Shown here: positions 38,540 through 53,200 of the stretch, one piece after another
How the letters are laid out: every line of letters starts with the position of its first letter
Position numbering within the stretch: the stretch's first letter is position 1
Origin: Ascidiella aspersa
Taxonomy: Eukaryota
Reading direction: 5' to 3'
DNA: 64,000 nt
NCBI GenBank assembly: GCA_963924565.1
Contig: OZ004612.1
Span: 7,688,001 to 7,752,000 of the forward strand
The notes under the pieces: model-generated
The model's input: the letters and a program-made list of their open reading frames with translations, nothing else
Told to the model about the DNA's origin: nothing
The model's database searches: none
Program-made: the position numbers and the translations under genes

Positions 38540-41500
38540 ATGCTCGATTTTCTTTATCCAATTATCTGCTTCTTGGTAATCTCAACTAAATTCAAAACTG
38601 TTTTCGGTAAGTAGATTTTTGTTGGCCCCTGATTTGCTTTTGAGCTACTTAGTCTATTTAAGCCCAGCCAATATAGCAACACCATAATTGCTGTCGTGTA
38701 TAATAATTGGTTAATGTTAAAAATAAGTTTTAAAGTTTATACTTGTATGTTACAAAGTTCCAGTTGAGAGCCACGACTTGGCGATACGAATACGTGATTC
38801 CTCGTGTCGGACGGAGGATGGATTTTTCCTGTGCGACAATTTGCAGTGCGTGCAAAGACAGGATGTCCTCGACACCACAATCGACTGCGCAGATGGGAGT
38901 GACCAGCGCTCAAGTATGCCACATATTATTATCTTCGCAAGACTTGATATACAATAAGCAGTTTAGACTTTTGATTTTACCATTCCAACACAAGCCGAAA
39001 AGCTTTAAAAATAAATTATATATGTCCACCAGAAAAGAGTCCAGGATTTCGTTTAGGGGAGCCGGGAAATTTTTCAGGAATGACGTCACAAAGTTACATT
39101 TTGTGAGGCCCGCGAAATGCTTTAAATTTCGGCAAGAACTCGAATTATCTTCCACATTCCATCCTTTTTAACACCATTGTCCTGCGCTATTGCTAATTAA
39201 CTGTCATTAAACCAAAATATCTTATTTAAACTTGGCCAGCTTGCCTGTTTAAAACTGAAAGATTTTGTCTAAGTAAGTTGTGTCATACATGCAACCTACT
39301 CACGTTTTGCAGCTGAGGCACAAACAACGTTTGAATATTTAAAATTTTGTCTTAACTGGGTCGATACACTGATCCTTTGAACACTTTTTTATGGTTTGAA
39401 AATCAAGAAAAAAACAACGATTATTGATGCCTTTGTTGCAAATTACTTTCGTTACATTTGCAACGTTTTCCAGATTCGTGGCACTTACCGCGCTAAAAAA
39501 CATTTATGTTTATGTGGTCGCCCATACCACTCTATCACTATATATTTATGAATGCTGCTAAAAGTTAGTGTGTATATTTACAAGTAAATCAGCGAAGGTG
39601 TGCCACCAGCAAACGAAAATAAGAAATACTGTTAACAGCTTAGTGCAGATACATTAAATAGGCCTATATTGATCATGTTAAAACGATTTTGTTTCTTAAG
39701 TTTGTTGTTGCGGCTCACAGACGTAATCCAAATATGTCACAGGGTTCTCAGTAAGACTTGAGTTTGTCACCCTGTAATAGTGCTAATCCCTGGGTGTACT
39801 AAGAAATGAGAAAACATAGCATTAGTTTTTAATAATGTTTAATTTTCAAACTTCCTTTGGGAAACCGTAGAGTAAAATGTGCCCTTAATGGGTTTGGATG
39901 CCTCATTTCAAATCATGAAGTTGTGCGCATAGAAACGCATGGTCCGCTTTAACTTAAGGCAACGAATTTACCTTCCAGCAATAAATTGCACGGACGACGA
40001 ATTCCCTTGCCGATCGACCTTCCGTTGCGTTCCGAGGCAGTTTGCGGTGGACGGATGTATCCATAAAAGAAACGTGATACTCGGGTGCAGAGAAGATAAA
40101 GGTCAGATACGTCGCATACGACATAAGCTTTTAAACATATTTTTTTTAATTTGAGGTTTGCAATATTAGTTGCTTTCTCATGTTTTCTTTAAGTCGTGAG
40201 GGCAAGGCGTATAGTGAAGAAAATGTTGAACTACGTTTTTACATATCCGAAAGTCATAACTTTTGTGATATTGCCTTCATAAATTGGTGCCGCAGAATTC
40301 ACTTGCCGTAAGACTCGCCGCTGCATCCCGAGGTGGATGGTGATGGACGGAGAGAGGGATTGCGACACTTTGTCCCACAACGATTCAAGTGACGAGGAGC
40401 GCGGGTTCGAATCCTGTACGAGCTCGGAGGTGCGCTGCCATCTTCCAGTCGAAAGTAGCTTAAAGAAGGCGCGCTGCATCCCGCGGGCGTGGGTCCGCGA
40501 TAACATACCCGATTGTACAGGAACGGGAAGTGACGAAGTGGCGCCGTTGAGCTCCTGTAATAATGTAACTGAGTTTCGCTGCAAATATAGCGGCAGATGC
40601 GTGCTGCGGTATAGGGTAAGAGACGGATACTCGGATTGTGGCGACTCTTCCGACGAGCTTGAGCAAATTGCATGCAACAGAGACGAGTTTCATTGTGTCG
40701 ATAGCGGAAGATGCATTCCCGACACCTGGATTGGGAACAAAGTAAGCGACTGTCCAGACGGAAGCGATGAAAAGGTGAATATGCAACCAACAAACTGTTC
40801 GGCAAACCAGTTTTTATGCGCCTCATCGCGTCGATGTATTCCTCTTGAATATTTATGCGACGGAATCGACAACTGTGGAGATTGTAGCGACGAGATCGAG
40901 AGTTGCAAAGAGAAAGGTTCGAAAATGTTTCGCTGCCCGAACCAACCAAGCACTTGCCTGTCTTGGCAGTATTCCTGCGACGCGTTAACCGACTGCCCGA
41001 ATGGCGCCGACGACATCACGTGGATGCCAGGCTTTAAGTGCCAAAAACTAGTTTTAAACTCGCCCACCGGCAAGAAGTACTGCTCAGTGCCTCAATGGGC
41101 TTTGCACGATCAGTTGCCATGGTGTGACGACGGATCTGATATTTGCTTCGATGACAGAGGCGAGTTTCTGTGCTCAATGTGCTTGGACGGCAAGACCATC
41201 ATAGCCAAGAGGCAGTTGTGTGATGGGATAATTGACTGTCCAGACCTTTCCGACGAGTGCCTATGCTCGAATAGTTTTAATACGACTGTCCTTACTGATG
41301 TCTGCTCAAACGTGTGTTACAATACGGACCTACAGGGTGCTGTGTGTCGCAACTGCAGCGTTGGGCATTTCATGTGTGAGTCAAACTGCTTGGCAAGAAA
41401 TAAATTTTGCGATGGCGTGGTAGATTGCACGACATCCAAACCAGACGAGTTGTATTGCGCTGAAAATCAAAAACTTGTCAATGCAAAAAGTTCGAAGAAC

Positions 41501-44500
41501 TTCGTTTGTGACCCGATTACTCCCTTACATCGTACGTTGGCTGACATTTTTCGATTCGCCTCTTTCGCTGAAGAAGCGTTTGTAGAGAACGCTGTCGGGT
41601 AAATTAATTTTTCACATTAAGATACCTAAACTGAGAATATAGTTTAAATTGTACACATAGTATAGGATAAACATCAAACTAAAAACAAAAGTTTATAGGC
41701 CTGAACCTAAAGTCAGTTTATTTCGATTTTATTATGATATATATGTTTCATTTCTTGACTCCAGTCAAGCCATTTTGCCCTAATGAAACAGCAAATCAAT
41801 TTACTTAAGTTAAGTCATTGACTTAAGTCATAACAACACTGATGGAAACACACAAAAAAATGTTAAAAAAGGGAAGATTGCGTTAGTTGAAAGAAAGCAA
41901 ACGTAGCAGAAATGCGTCCACATTTTCGGCTTTTTAAGTATTTGATTTTAGAAAGAATTTGTTTTTACCATTACTGTAGATGCGACGGAAAAGTGGAGTG
42001 TCTTTATTTTGAAGACGAATGCTCCCCTCGGGCAAATTGTAGCACAAGGCTCAAGGTTTGCGACAGCATTCCAATGAAAAATGTTAGTATGTGAATACCC
42101 AAGTGTTCAATTTTGTTTTGTTAATTTACTGAGAATTATTTTTCCTGACAAGATACTGCATAGTAAACATACATTAAATTCAAAGTGAAAGACCGGTATA
42201 TAATGAATATGCTGTTGCTGCAAAAAATATTTCGGCAAAAATATTTCTTAAAAAAACATGTGTATATATATATATAAATAAATTGTATTGGAATACGTTT
42301 AATAAATTAAAATGAAAAATTATTCTCGACGATAACTATCAGTTTTACCTGCTGCCAACTATCACATCAACTTTAAGTGAAATGTTAAATCAGGCGTTAC
42401 AAATCTAACCCTGCTGCTACGCTTTCTTTACCGCCAGATAGTAATTCCCACTTTATGGACGAAGTTGTACAACGCGACAGGCAAGGAAATGAACCGCATG
42501 TGTGGCGGTTTTCTGGAATACGTGCTGGGATCTTCAATTTGCAACGGTGTTCAGGAATGTAGCGAAAAGGAAGACGAGACCGAATGCGATCGTTTCTACT
42601 GCGACGCGGGAAAAGTACCGTGGATCACAGGTGAAAGCACATAAAAGCACACGACTTGTAATTCCTTAATACGACACGAAAGGCAATTACGTCACATGTT
42701 GGTGGGTTTACAAAAATTCCATCTCCACTGTTGGCTGTTGATTAGCAAAACCTGCATTTCTAAAGAGTGCCAAATGACGTGGGGTGCCTTTTTTTATCAA
42801 AATCAGTTGACTTAAAATATTGTTTAAAGATTTGCCTATTTGGGGGCACACTGAACAAACTTTTGGGTTTGCACAAAACGGATTGTAACAGACCGACATA
42901 AAATAAGAAGCACAACACACACTAGATACAGATACATAAATATTTATTTAGGAGTAAGACCAAAGATTAGTATTCCTTGGTTGGAACATTGCAACGGAGA
43001 GTTCGATTGCAAGGACAAAACGGACGAAATGAACTGCAACAAATCCACACATTTCTATTGCAAAAACGAAGAGCCTCTGTTTGTTGACCGCGAAAAGGTA
43101 GTATTATAACGAACGGCCATAGTTGATGGCATTGTGTTTATATTTCTCAAAGATATAGTTAATAACTTCAACAAATAAATTTTTACTAGAACCGTCATCG
43201 CCTTTTTATCAATAAAATAATTGAATTTACAAATGGCTGTTCATCAATATTTATAACAATACTAAATGCTGCGAGCCCTTTCGATAGGAAAAACCACGAC
43301 GAAGATATAGCGTCACGAAATTACGTCATAACCATAACACCACAAAGTTACATCAAAACGTAAAACGCCATAAAGATACAATAGGGTGAAAAAAAACTGG
43401 TCCGCCTTAACCCTAACCCTAACCCTAACCCTAGCCAGACCTGTTTTAGCGGCTGTTCCAACGCCAAAATCGATCCTACCGGGCCAGTTTTGGCGCTTGA
43501 TTACGACCAAAATCGATCCGGCCGGACCGATTTTGGCCAGACCAATTTTGGCGTGACATATCTAGCCATATATCCCATTAAGAGATGCGATGCCACCCAT
43601 GCTCTTGCGTGAGTCCACGCATCAGCAAACCTGCGCTTATAAGTGAATTGTTTGACCGAATATGTTTTATCGCATTTTACTCTGTGCGTTTGCACATTTT
43701 CACCGTTTTCTTATTCAAAAAAATAATTTAACCTATATTTGTTAACAATTCCTGCAAAGCAATAAAGGCTATTAAATCTTTCATCTTTCAGGTTGCCAAC
43801 AACTTCATTTACATCGGTGAAACAAACACCTTTAAGCTAAAACAATGACAAACCCAAACTCTGCTAGTTGATGTTTTTTTTAATTTTCTTAGGTTCTTGA
43901 CGGGAAGATCGATTGCACGGACTCATCCGACGAATGTCCGGAGGACTTTGCCGACAAGAGCGCCGTTTCCTCCAAAACCGAGATGATCAAGTCGCCCGTC
44001 CTCCGCGGCTTCGTTTGGCTCATGGCTATTTTAGCATTCTTCGGAAATGTCGCCGTGATCTTCAAGACGGTCAGGTTCATTTTCCATTCTCGAATACGGG
44101 AGGCATCGTCTATTTCGATTATTAACAACATATTTGTTCTCAACCTCGCCTTTGCCGATTTGCTGATGGGCTGTTGCCTTTTCGGCTTGGGCGCCAAGTC
44201 GGCTGAATTTTCGGGAAACTATTGCTTGGAAGACTTGGTCTGGCGAGCGAGTTCTTCTTGCAGTGCGCTGGGAGTGAGCATAGTTTTGTCAAGCGAGGCA
44301 TCCGTCTTCACACTTATCCTTCTAACGTCTTATCGCCTCTACGGAGTCCTGTTGCCCTTCAAAAGTCGTCAGTTGAGAGTTAGGGTGGCTGTTGAGTATC
44401 TTGCAGCCATTTGGGCAGTTGCTTTGTTCATTGCTCTCATGCCCTTGAGCGATATTTTATCAACGTATATGGTGACAGACATGCTGATTGCCAAAAGTCC

Positions 44501-45197
44501 TTACTTTAAAGAAGGAACGGTGGAACTTCACGAACTGGAGCAATTTGCCTTGCGCTTAAACGCACTACAACCTGGAAATGCAACTTCTAATTTACCGCTG
44601 GACTGGGGCGGATTGGTTCAGTTCCTGTCGAAACACTTTCCTAATCAAACCACTGATGTTTTAGGCTTTCACGGTTATTACAGCGGTAACGGCGTCTGTA
44701 TACCTAAGATTTATCGCTTGTCAGGTGACGTGTCAGGTTTCAACATTTACTCCGTTGTGACAATCACGTTTAGCTTCGTTTCTTTGCTATATATTTTAGT
44801 AGCTTATGTCATTATATACCGAAGATCTGCACAGAAACCAAACATTCGTTCAGCTTCGGCTTCTACAGCTAGAAATGCTGGAATACAACGCAAGATCACT
44901 CTCCTTATTGCAACCGATATGTGCTGTTGGATGCCCATCTGCATTATGACTTTTCTAAGTATGGGCGGAGTGGTCATGCCCTCCTTCGCTTACGCCTTTT
45001 CCGCCGTTATCCTGTTGCCAATTAACAGCGCTTTAAATCCAATAATTTACTCCGATACCTTACCGACCGCTTTAGGTTTTTGTCGAACGCATCTTTTAAA
45101 GTTCCGCACCAAGACTAAACCCGTTGTTTCTGAGGAGCGATCTCAATCGACAAAAGAAGGCAACTTGCCTTCCCCTAACACGACTTCAGGACTATAG
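38540..45197 (+). CDS. Gene A3: multi-LDLa-repeat GPCR, 1129 aa; join(38540..38606,38764..38913,39979..40101,40296..41598,41980..42082,42438..42630,42952..43097,43893..45197)
   Basis: Same exon lengths and phases as A1, GT-AG sites intact. ORFs 40337..41602 and 43983..45197 correspond to exons 4 and 8. Confidence 0.9.
43396..43558. mobile_element. Right half of the intron-7 MITE in A3
   Basis: Left arm deleted; (taaccc)4 and right terminus gcgtgaca retained. Confidence 0.55.
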
Positions 45198-45647
45198 ATT
45201 TTTACACACGCTGGGCAGTATAGAAGTTTGTTCAAGTTTTGAACTTTTGACTACACGTTAAGGTTGTGATGCTGTAGCATATTTTGTTTAATGCAAGTTC
45301 AAATATTGTATTTATTATTCCAGTAGAAAAAAACATTTTTGTTATTTTTTGTCTTATGTGAAATTCTGTTTGTAGACTGCACACTCATAGGGTTGTCTTG
45401 TGACTATTTACTTCATTTTTTTTCTGTTGCTCTAAATATAAGTTATGAGATTATGAGGGTATAGGCTATAAACATTCCGAAACAGACAACGGACTGATTG
45501 ATCGTATTATTGTTTGTAAATAGCACGGTTATGTATTCGATTTTAAGGCGTTTTTGTATTAAAATAATAATTTGTATATATGAAGTATTTAATGTGCAGC
45601 TAATGCAATACCATATAGCGAGCATGCCATAACGTCATATGTTAAAC

Positions 45648-46018
45648 CAGGGTTCGGCAACCTTCGGCCCGCGGATATAATTCATCCGGCCCGCCGCCTG
45701 ATTGACAAATTAGACACGAGTCCATTTAACATACTTTTTGACTATTTTAGCTACTTAAGTTCGAAAAATTTTCGTACTTTGTGCGAATGATCTTTTTACA
45801 TCCGGTTTGTACGTTTGTATGCTGTCTTTTTAACTAAATCAGCGATTCTTTATAGTTGCGCCTTGCAAGACTGCCTAGTGCGTCGCGGAAAAGTTGAAAA
45901 CCTATTTAAAAATATTGCGCATATTTTTTAACCATTTTTTTATTTTTATTTTCGGCAATGTAATAAAACTTGCAAGAAAATGAAAAGAAATGCCGGTTTA
46001 CCAAAAAATCGCGCTCGC
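45648..46018. mobile_element. Truncated copy of the same hAT element downstream of A3
   Basis: Left TIR and body present; homology ends abruptly near 46018; no Penelope-like insert. Confidence 0.8.
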
Positions 46019-47217
46019 TAAATGTCTGTCTTTTGGTATAGAAGCCTTTCTAAGACTACATGTACCTATATAGTTTCTTTGTGGTAATATTTATTTCCTA
46101 TTTCTTTTCGAAAATAACTTTTATGATTCACGATTGTTTATAATCAGGGGTGAAAGAAAAATAATTTTTTTGTCGTAACGATAATAAATTTTCTTACCGC
46201 AATAGGTACATGGAAATTTTCAGAGATGAAGTCAGAAAGTTACGTCGTAAAAGGACGTTCTAAAAAACGTAAACTTCTAACACCTGAGGTTTTTGTTCGA
46301 TGCAGTGCACGAATATGCAAGGAAGGAACGGCGTCCGGATAGTTACGGCTTACTTTTACCACTTGCTATAATACGCATTAAAATGTTTGCTGCATATTGA
46401 GTTACTATTAAGTCACCATACGATATGTAACACTATACGATGTGTAAACTTATCAGACAGTTTTAAACACAAGTGTAAAATGAGAACTTTATAAACAGCC
46501 AAACTGAGGAAGCTTTCGACTAGTACATATCAATAAAGGAGTGTGGAAGATATGAAAGAATTTATCTATAAAATTGTGTAATGTAGAACGACCGTGGTCT
46601 AATATGACGTTTATATCAATGCGCCATAAGCTACAGTGGTGTTGATTTTTTACTTATATTTATTCCCTTTTGCTTTGCACGGGCGACTTTACAAGACTTT
46701 ACTTCCTTTCACGTTCAGTTTATTAGAAGGAATTTGAATCAATTTTTGGACTATATTATATTTCATGATACAGACTTAAGATGGCGCCAGTACAAGGAAA
46801 TCTTGTGTCGTGCCAATCAATTTACGAGATTAAAAATATGGCCGTTTAATGACCCACGCTTAACTTTACGGTAAACACCCATAGACACGTGCAATTGTGC
46901 TTGGTGCAGCTAACCACTAACTTCACGTTTCTATGCGTGATCGTGCAACTCGAAACCACAACTTTATGTTTGCAAAATTGCCAGCCTGTATTCAAACTTA
47001 GCCATATAGTGAGTAGCTTTAAACTATTTAGTTTTTTATACCTTATGCCGCAGCAAATTACGAAGAATAGGTTTGCGTTCATGAGTTTAGTTCAATTAAA
47101 TATGGTTTCCTGTTTCAGGGTGACTACCAAGGTTAAAATAAATAATAATAACAACAATCAAAGTGCAAGAAAAAACGATCAATATTTTAGTTTTCAGCAA
47201 CAGGCCTATTATACAAC

Positions 47218-50200
47218 ATGCTCGATTTTCTTTATCCAATTATCTGCTTCCTGGTAATCTCAACTAAATTCAAAACTGTTTTCGGTGAGTAGATTTTTGT
47301 TGGTCGCTGATTTGCTTTTGAGCTATTTAGTCTATTTAAGACCAGCCAATATAGCAACACCATAATTGCTGTTGTGTATAATAATTGGTTAATGTTAAAA
47401 ATAAGTTTTAAAGTTTATACTTGTATATTGCAAAATTCCAGTTAAGAGCCATTACTTGGCAATCCCAAGACGTGATTCCTCCTGTCGGACGGAGGATGGA
47501 TTTTTCCTCTGCGACAATTTGCAGTGCGTGCAAAGGCAGGAAGTCCGCGACTTCAGTAACGACTGCGCAGATGGGAGTGACCAGCGCTCAAGTAAGCCAC
47601 ATTCTATTATCATAGCAAGACTTGATATACACTGAGCAGTTTAGACTATTGATTTTACCATGAATCCAACACAAGCCGAAAAGCTTTAAAAATAAATTAT
47701 ATATGTCCACCAGGAAAGAGTCCAGGATTTTCGTTTAGGGGAGCCGGGAAATTTTTCAGGAATGACGTCACAAAGTTACATTTTGTGAGGCCCGCAAAAC
47801 GTTTTAAATTTTTGGCAAGAACTCAAATTATCTTCCACATTCCATCCTTTTTAACACCATTGTCTTGTGCTATTGCTAATTATCTGTCATTAAACCTAAA
47901 TATCTTATTTAAACTTGGCCAGCTTGGCTGTTTAAAAATGAAAAATTTTGTCTATGCAAGTTGTGTCACACATAGAACCTACACAAATATCGCCCTTTAT
48001 ATTCTCACAAATATTGTCCGCGGTAAACGTTTCGCAGCTGAGGTGCATACAACGTTGGAATATTTAAAATTCTGTCTTAACTGGGTGGATACGCTGATCT
48101 TTTGAACACTTTTTTATTGTTTTAAAATCAAGAAAAAACAATGAATATTGATGCCTTTGTCGCAAATTACAGTCGTTACGTTTGCATCGTTTTCCAGATT
48201 CGTGGCACTTTCCGCGCTAGAAAATATTTATGTTTATGTGGGCGCCCATATCACTCTATCACTATATTTTTATGAATGCTGCTAAAAGTTGGTGTGTGTT
48301 TCTACAAGTAAATCAGCGCAGGTGCAGCTTAGCGCAGATACATTAAATAGGCCTATATTAATCATTTTAAAACGATTTTCGTTTCCTAGGTTTGTGGTTG
48401 CAGCCCACAGACGTAATCCAAATATGTCACAGGGTTCTCAGTAAAACTTGAGTTTGACCCCTGTTAGTGCTAACCCCTGGGTATACTAAGAATTGAGAAA
48501 ACATAGCATTTATTTTTAATAATGTTGAATTTTCAAACTTCCTTTGGAAAACCGTAGATAAAAAAGTTTGGATCTGTCATTTCAAATCATGAAATTGTGC
48601 GCATAGAAACGCATGGCCCCCTTTAACTAAAGGCGACGAATTTACCTTATAGCAATAAACTGCACGGACGACGAATTTCCTTGCCGATCGACCTTCCGTT
48701 GCGTTCCGAGGCAGTTTGCGGTGGGCGGATGTGTCCATAAAAGAAACGTGATACTCGGGTGCAGAGAAGATAAAGGTTAGAACGTCGCATACGACATAAG
48801 CTTTTAAACATATTTTTTTAATTGGAGTTAGAATATAGTTGCTTTCTCATGTTTTCAAGTCGTGAGGGCAAGGCGTATAGTGAAGAAAATGTTGAACTAC
48901 GTTTTTACATATCCGAAAGTCATAACTTTTGTGATATTGCCTTCATAACTTGGTGCCGCAGAATTCACTTGCCGCAAGACTCGCCGCTGCATCCCGAGGT
49001 GGATGGTGATGGACGGAGAGAGGGATTGCGACACTTTGTCCCACAACGATGCAAGTGACGAGGAGCACGGGTTCGAATCCTGCACGAGCTCGGAGGTGCG
49101 CTGTCATCTTCCCATAGGAATAAGCTTAAAGAAGGCGCGTTGCATTCCGCGGGCGTGGGTTCGCGATACACTTACTGATTGTCCAGGAACGGGAAGCGAC
49201 GAAGTGGCGCCGTTGAGCTCCTGTAATAATGTAACCGAGTTTCGCTGCAAAGATAGCGGCAGATGCGTGCTGCGGTATAGGGTAAGAGACGGATACTCGG
49301 ATTGTGGCGACTCTTCCGACGAGCTTGAGCAACCCGTATGCAACAGAGACGAGTTTCATTGCCTCGATAGCGGAAGATGCATTCCAGATACCTGGATTGG
49401 GAACAAAGTAAGCGATTGTCCAGACGGAAGCGATGAAAAGGTGAATATGCAACCAACAAACTGTTCGGCAAACCAGTTTTTATGCGCCTCATCGCGTCGA
49501 TGTATTCCTCTTGAATATTTATGCGACGGAATCGATAACTGTGGAGATTGTAGCGACGAGATCGAGAGTTGCAAAGAACAAGGTTCGAAGATGTTTCGCT
49601 GCCCGAACCAACCAAACACTTGTCTCTCTTGGCAGTATTCCTGTGACGCGTTAACCGACTGCCCGAATGGCGCCGATGACATCACGTGGATGCCAGGCTT
49701 TAAGTGCCAAAAACTAGTTTTAAACTCGCCCACCGGCAAGAAATACTGCTCAGTGCCTCAATGGGCCTTACACGATCAGTTGCCTTGGTGCGACGACGGA
49801 TCTGATATTTGCTTCGATGACAGGGGCGAGTTTTTGTGCTCGATGTGCTTGGACGGCAAGACCATCATAGCCAAGAGGCAGTTGTGTGATGGGATAATCG
49901 ACTGTCCAGACCTTTCCGACGAGTGCCTATGCTCGAATGGTTTTAATACAACTGTCCTTACTGATGTCTGCTCAAACGTGTGTTACAATACGGACCTACA
50001 GGGTGCTGTGTGTCGCAACTGCAGCGTTGGGCAGTTCATGTGTGAGTCAAACTGCTTGGCAAGAAATAAATTTTGCGATGGCGTTTCGGATTGCCCTAAA
50101 TCCAAGGAGGACGAGCTGTACTGCATTGAAAATCAAAAACTTGTCGCTGCAAAAAGTCCGAAGAACTTCGTTTGTGACCCGATTACTCCCTTACATCGTA

Positions 50201-53200
50201 CCTTGGCAGACATCCTTCAATTCGACTCTTTCGCTGAAGGAGCAGATATCAAGAACGCTGTCGGGTAATTCAAATTTTTACATTAAGCCACCTAAACTGA
50301 GAAAATAGTTTAAATTGTACACATAGTATAGGATAAACATCAAACTAAAAACAAAACTTTGTAGCCTGAACCTAAAGTCAGTTTATTTCGATTTTATTAT
50401 GATATCTATGTTTCATTTCTTGACTCCAGTCAAGCCATTTTGCCCTAATGTAACAGTAAATCAAGTTTACTTAATTTAAGTCATTGACTTAAGTCATAAC
50501 AACACTGATGGCAACACAATAAAATATAAAACAAGGGAAGATTGCGTTATAGTTTAAATAAAACTCTGAGTGCAAACGTAGCAGAAATGCGTCCACATTT
50601 TCGGCTTTTTAAGTATTTGATTTTAGAAAGAATTTGTTTTTACCATCACTGTAGATGCGACGGAAAAGTGGAGTGTCTTTATTTTGAAGACGAATGCTCC
50701 CCTCGGGCAAATTGTAGCACAAGGCTCAAGGTTTGCGACAGCATTCCAATGAAAAAAGTCAGTATGTGAATACCAAAGTGTTCAACTTTGTTTTGCTAAT
50801 TTACTGAGAATTATTTTTCCTGTCAAGATACTGCATAGTAAACACACATTAAATACAAAGTGAAAGACCGGTATATAATGAATATGCTGTTGCTGCAAAA
50901 AATATTTCGGCAAAAATTTTCTTAAAAAAACGTGTGTATATATATATATATAAATTGTATAGGAATACGCTTAATAAATTAAAATAAAAAATATTCTCGA
51001 CGATAACTATCAGTTTTACCTGCTGCCAACTATCACATCAACTTTAAGTGAAATATTAAATCAGGCGTTACAAATCTAACCCTGCTGCTACGCTTTCTTT
51101 ACCGCCAGATAGTAATGCCCACTCTATGGACGAAGTTGTACAACGCGACAGGCAAGGAAATGAACCGTTTGTGCGGTGGTTTCCTGGAATACGTGATTGG
51201 ATCTTCAATTTGCAACGGTGTTCAGGAATGTAGCGAAAAGGAAGACGAGACCGAATGCGATCGTTTCTATTGCGACGCTGGAAAAGTGCCGTGGATCTCA
51301 GGTGAAAGAACGTAAAACAACACGACTTATAATTCCTTCATACGCCACGAAAGGCAATTACGTCACATGTTGGTGGGTTACAAAAGTTCCAGCTCCACTG
51401 TTGGCTGTTGATTAGCAAAACCTGCATTTCTAAACAGATATTTTTCAGAGTGCCAAATGACGTGAGGTGCTTTTCGTTTTTATCAATATCAGTTGACTTA
51501 AAACAGTGTTTAAAGATTTGGCTATTTGGGGGCACACTGAACAAACTTTGGGGTTTGCACAAAACGGATTGTAACAGACCGACATAAAATAAGAAACACA
51601 ACATACACTAGATACAGATATATAAATATTTATTTAGGAGTAAAACCAAAGATTAGTATTCCTTGGTTGGAACATTGCAATGGAGAGTTCGACTGCAAGG
51701 ACAAAACGGACGAAATGAACTGCAACAAATCCACCCATTTCTATTGCAAAAACGGAGAGCCTTTGTTTGTTGATCGCAAAAAGGTACGAGTATTACAACG
51801 AACGGCCATAGGTTGGTGGCATTGTGTTTATATTTCTCAAAGTTATAGTTATTATTTTCAACAAACAAATTTTAACTAAAACCGTCATCGCCTTTCTATA
51901 AATAAAATAATTGAATTTACAAATGGCTGTTCATCGATGTTTATAACTATACTAAATGCTGTGAGCCCTTTTGATAGGAAAGAACCACGTCGTAGAGATA
52001 GCGTCACGAAATTACGTCATAACCATAACACCATAAAGTTACATCAAAACGTAAAACGCCATAAAGATGTAACCTTAAGTGCTCCAAACAGTTCGTTTAA
52101 GTCTTAGGTTGGTGAGGGGTTACTTTCAAAGCCAAAGCTACATTACATATAAGCGCACAACCTAAAAGACCTCAGAGTCGACTTAATTAAAAACAATTAC
52201 ACTATTACGCACCTTTGAGAGGCTCGCCCTTTTACAAAACGTTACAAAAGATAAATGTGTTAACGCCGGACTTAATCGTGATTTTGGTTTCATGGCGCAT
52301 CAAGCCTTTTAACATGTAGCTGTAACGCGAAATTTGGTCGGGGGCCAAAACTGATCCGGCATAACCCTAACCCTAACCCTAACCCAATCCAGACCTGTTT
52401 AAGCGGCTGTTCGAACGCCAAAATCGATCCGACCGGACCAGTTTTGGCGCTTGATTACGACCAAAATCGATCCGGCCGGACCGATTTGGGCCGGACCAAT
52501 TTTAGTGTGACATAGCCATATATCTAATTAAGAAATGCGATGGTACCCATGCTCTTGCGTGGTTCCACGCATCAGTAAACCTGCGCTTATATGTGAATTG
52601 TTTGACCGAATATGTTCTATCGCATTTTACTCTTTGCCTTTGCACATTTTCACCGTTTATTCTTACTCTGACCTGATGATGCACTAATGTACAAAAGCTC
52701 ATTAACACTAAATACAAATTTTCAAAAGTGCCATTTGTTTTCAGTTTCAACGTACATTGGTTATCAATTCAGGCAAAGCAATAAAGGCTATTACATCTTT
52801 TATCTTTCTGGTTGCCAACAACTTTATTTACAACAGTGAAACAAACACCTTTAAGCTAAAACAATGACAAACCCAAACTCTGCTAGTTGACGTTTTTTTT
52901 AATTTTATCAGGTACTTGACGGGAAGATCGATTGCACGGACTCATCCGACGAATGTCCGGAGGACTTTGCCGACAAGAGCGCCGTTTCCTCCAAGACCGA
53001 GATGATCAAGTCGCCCGTCCTCCGCGGCTTCGTTTGGCTTATGGCCATTTTGGCTTTCTTCGGAAATGGCGCCGTGATCTTCAAGACGGTCAGGTTCATT
53101 TGCAATTCTCGAAAACGGGAGGCATCGTCTATGTCGATTATTAACAACATATTTGTTCTTAATCTCGCCTTTGCCGATTTGCTGATGGGCTGTTGCCTTT

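Larger units (their letters stand above)
1..46018. repeat. Tandem segmental duplication, ~16 kb period (position 1 = 16012 = 32459), third copy truncated near 46018
   Basis: The sequence aaagagtttgcacaaaacacaat recurs at 1, 16012 and 32459, followed by collinear near-identical genes, introns and intergenic DNA. Confidence 0.95.

Noticed and set aside
43408-43431. (TAACCC)4 as a telomere or chromosome-fusion scar
   Set aside because: Very short and embedded in a MITE present in all four A genes.
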